This document shows positions 58,320 through 60,556 of a DNA stretch of 60,556 bases, piece by piece. Numbering within the stretch: position 1 is the first letter of the stretch; each line of letters starts with the position of its first letter. The notes under the pieces were generated by a model that did no database searches, was not told the origin of the DNA, and saw only the letters and a program-made list of their open reading frames with translations. The stretch is taken from NCBI GenBank assembly GCA_964342465.1, contig CAYFFQ010000002.1:1-60556 (forward strand), read 5' to 3'. The DNA is from an uncultured Candidatus Poseidoniales archaeon (lineage in GTDB: Archaea > Thermoplasmatota > Poseidoniia > Poseidoniales > Thalassarchaeaceae). A program made the position numbers and the translations under genes.

Positions 58320-59591
58320 ATGGCTGTGCAATGGTCTGTAGATGACCCGACCACGCTCGCCTTGGTGGTGGGACTGCTCGTCGCTCCGATGTTGTTCACC
58401 ATCCCTGCACAGAGGTTCTGGAGAAGGAAGGTACTTCGCTCCGAGATTCACAAAAAATACAGAAAAATGGTGCAAGGAATCCTCACACATGGCTACCCGC
58501 TACAGATATTCCGCTCCTCATTGGACAAAGCCGCACGAGGGTGGGGTCTCAACGAGAAGGAACAGGGGAGATTGGAGAGTGACCTGCTATATCCACTCAA
58601 CACCACACACTTCCTGATTCTTCCATCGATGATTCTGTGGCCCCTCCTTTCGGTTTTCGCGGTATTCCTGATTCTCCCCCTAATCCCTCTGCTTCGACTG
58701 ACAGAATGGGTGATGATTGAACAGGGCTTGCTCGCTTGGATTGTCAAATTGATCAAGAAATACACGAACTGGCAATTGATCGGTGTGCCAAAACTCGCTC
58801 GCGATGCTCGCCGTGGCGATGTGTGGATGCAGGCATTACACCGAATGCCGACCACTGTTTTTCTCGGGTTGTTCGCATATCTCATCGTACATTACATCAG
58901 TTTGCCAGACATCTATGCGTTGGGGTTAGCTGGGGTGGTCTACATCATCCTCGCATCATTGGCAATCGTGACTGCTGTCGCCATCGACGGAGAACTCGCT
59001 TTCGCTGACAACGCACAACGGCGCATCATCCCTCTTGAAACCATTCTCAACGACCTTCTCACGCCAGTGGTAGGGATAGGTCTGCTCCTCCTACTCACCA
59101 GACAGGTCTTCTTGACCATCACCTTCCCAGGGGTGGGCTTGCGTGACCCGATCATCTTTGCAATTTCAATCATGGTTGTACTCTATACTGCGACCATTGT
59201 AGGGGCGCTGATTGAATGGGCAACTGCGAGGCGGGCCAAGCAGATACGTGACCGCTTCCATATGCAATTGATAGAAGATGAGAATCCAGAGTTGTATTCC
59301 TTCATCAGAAATAGAGATGGTAGTCTTTCGTTGCGCCTCATCTGTATGTTGAGGGAGTTCTTTGAGAATGACCACCACTTTCCTGAACAATCACTTGAGG
59401 CGACCATACGATTCGAGGACTTGATGGCGCTTCCCTCGCTCGTTGAGGAGGGAGTCGTCACGCTGCCCCCCAAGAAACCGCCGAGGAAGCCCAACCGAGA
59501 GACGAGCGAGTCGTCGGCGACAGCGGCAGTCCCCGATTCAGAGGTTGAAATGGCTGTTGCATCATCCGGCGACGAGGGTGTCGCTCTGTGA
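58320..59591 (+). CDS. Hypothetical polytopic membrane protein
   Basis: About 7 hydrophobic segments, uninterrupted 423-aa ORF, disordered tail. Confidence 0.65.
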   Translation: MAVQWSVDDPTTLALVVGLLVAPMLFTIPAQRFWRRKVLRSEIHKKYRKMVQGILTHGYPLQIFRSSLDKAARGWGLNEKEQGRLESDLLYPLNTTHFLILPSMILWPLLSVFAVFLILPLIPLLRLTEWVMIEQGLLAWIVKLIKKYTNWQLIGVPKLARDARRGDVWMQALHRMPTTVFLGLFAYLIVHYISLPDIYALGLAGVVYIILASLAIVTAVAIDGELAFADNAQRRIIPLETILNDLLTPVVGIGLLLLLTRQVFLTITFPGVGLRDPIIFAISIMVVLYTATIVGALIEWATARRAKQIRDRFHMQLIEDENPELYSFIRNRDGSLSLRLICMLREFFENDHHFPEQSLEATIRFEDLMALPSLVEEGVVTLPPKKPPRKPNRETSESSATAAVPDSEVEMAVASSGDEGVAL

Positions 59592-59603
59592 ATGTCCTCA
59601 TTA

Positions 59604-59825
59604 TCGCCAACTGCGATTCTGGCCAGCGAAGATTTGGGCCGAGAGAGATTTTCGCCAACTGCGATTCTGGCCAGCGAAGATTTGGGCCGAGAGAGATTAT
59701 CGCCAACTTCGATTCTGGCCAGCGAAGATTTGGGAGAGAAAGATTTGGGCCGAGAGAGATTTTCGCCAACTGCGATTCTTGCCAGCGAAGATTTGGGAGA
59801 GAATGATTGCCCCCAACTTCGGTTC
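59604..59825. repeat. 48-bp tandem repeat, about 4.3 copies
   Basis: TCGCCAAC anchors at 59604, 59652, 59700, 59763 (15-bp internal duplication in unit 3), decayed copy near 59810. Confidence 0.93.
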
Positions 59826-59892
59826 CAACAAGTGAGTAATTTGGGAATCCAAGTGTATTGCCACTGTTATCTCCACAAACCATCTAGAAGAA

Positions 59893-59982
59893 GTGTGACA
59901 GACGATATTGGGTGGAGTGAATGATTCGGAGCACTTCGCTGTTCTTCGCTATCAACCCAATCGTGTGACAGACGATATAGGG
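59893..59982. repeat. 20-bp direct repeat, 2 copies, 70-bp period
   Basis: GTGTGACAGACGATAT(T/A)GGG at 59893 and 59963; the second copy abuts the iscA-like stop. Confidence 0.8.
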
Positions 59983-60375
59983 TCAGGCAAATGATTTCCC
60001 GCAACTACATCCTCTCTGAGCATTGGGGTTCTCGATTTTGAACCCACCACCCATCAGGCTCTCCTCAAAATCAATGATAATACCTGAGAGAAGAGAGGAA
60101 TCAAAATTGCTGATGGCGATTGGAATGCCCTCGATTTGAGCGAATTGGTGGTCCTCTCCGTTCGGTTTATCGACAACCTGCATGTCGTAGAGATAGCCGG
60201 AACATCCTCCTCTGTGAACAGCGACCTTAAGGACTACATCTTCATTGTCGTTTTGTAGAATCTCAAGCAGGCGACTCCGCGCCACCTCACTGAAGGATAC
60301 ATCAATAGGGTGGACTTCAAAATCCCCTCCCTTGCCGATTTCCGACAGAACTCCCACATCGGCCGGGCAGTCCAT
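59983..60375 (-). CDS. HesB/IscA/SufA Fe-S cluster assembly accessory protein
   Basis: GGCSGYLY, IDFEESLMGGGFKIENPNA, GCSCGKSF. Confidence 0.93.
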   Translation of the reverse strand: MDCPADVGVLSEIGKGGDFEVHPIDVSFSEVARSRLLEILQNDNEDVVLKVAVHRGGCSGYLYDMQVVDKPNGEDHQFAQIEGIPIAISNFDSSLLSGIIIDFEESLMGGGFKIENPNAQRGCSCGKSFA

Positions 60376-60406
60376 GACATCGGTGGTAATCCCATCTCTG
60401 AAAAAC

Positions 60407-60556
60407 TCATGTCTCTAATTGTCCCAACAGAATCACATAGTGGCAGTTGCCTCCGCCCTCGCCGCTACACACTCTTTCGACGGTGGCGCTGGTGGTGTGG
60501 AGGCGTGACTCAATGATGCCTTCAATGATCCCCTCGTCGAGGTTGCAGAATGGTTT
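60407..60556 (-). CDS. C-terminal fragment of a V4R-domain protein (starts beyond the window)
   Basis: Manual translation, not in the ORF track: KPFCNLDEGIIEGIIES...VERVCSGEGGGNCHYVI...stop, matching the V4R C..C..C pattern. Confidence 0.7.
   Translation of the reverse strand, partial: KPFCNLDEGIIEGIIESRLHTTSATVERVCSGEGGGNCHYVILLGQLET

Overview
Core chromosomal segment of a heterotrophic archaeon, most likely marine Thermoplasmatota (Poseidoniales/Marine Group II-like). This is inferred from archaeal information genes (SRP RNA, EndA, archease, DtdA, archaeal ValRS, geranylgeranyl reductase, PolB2) mixed with bacterial-type genes (pntAB, TopA, Mn-type SOD, MDH, MqnC) and large secreted Ca-repeat proteins and peptidases. 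About 45 CDS, one ncRNA (SRP RNA, ~24640-24940, minus) and one probable frameshifted gene. No tRNA, rRNA, transposase, integrase or cas gene was recognised. Highlights: (1) a four-gene candidate damage-tolerance/mutagenesis module (SRAP, inactive RadA, PolB2, small helical protein) whose two inward-facing units share a 17/19-nt upstream box; (2) unrelated short tandem or direct repeats in many of the longer intergenic gaps; (3) TatC fused to an HdrA-N-terminus-like Cys domain; (4) several unusual domain architectures. All family assignments come from motif recognition by eye; no database searches were run. Some starts were moved from the ORF track to more plausible codons.
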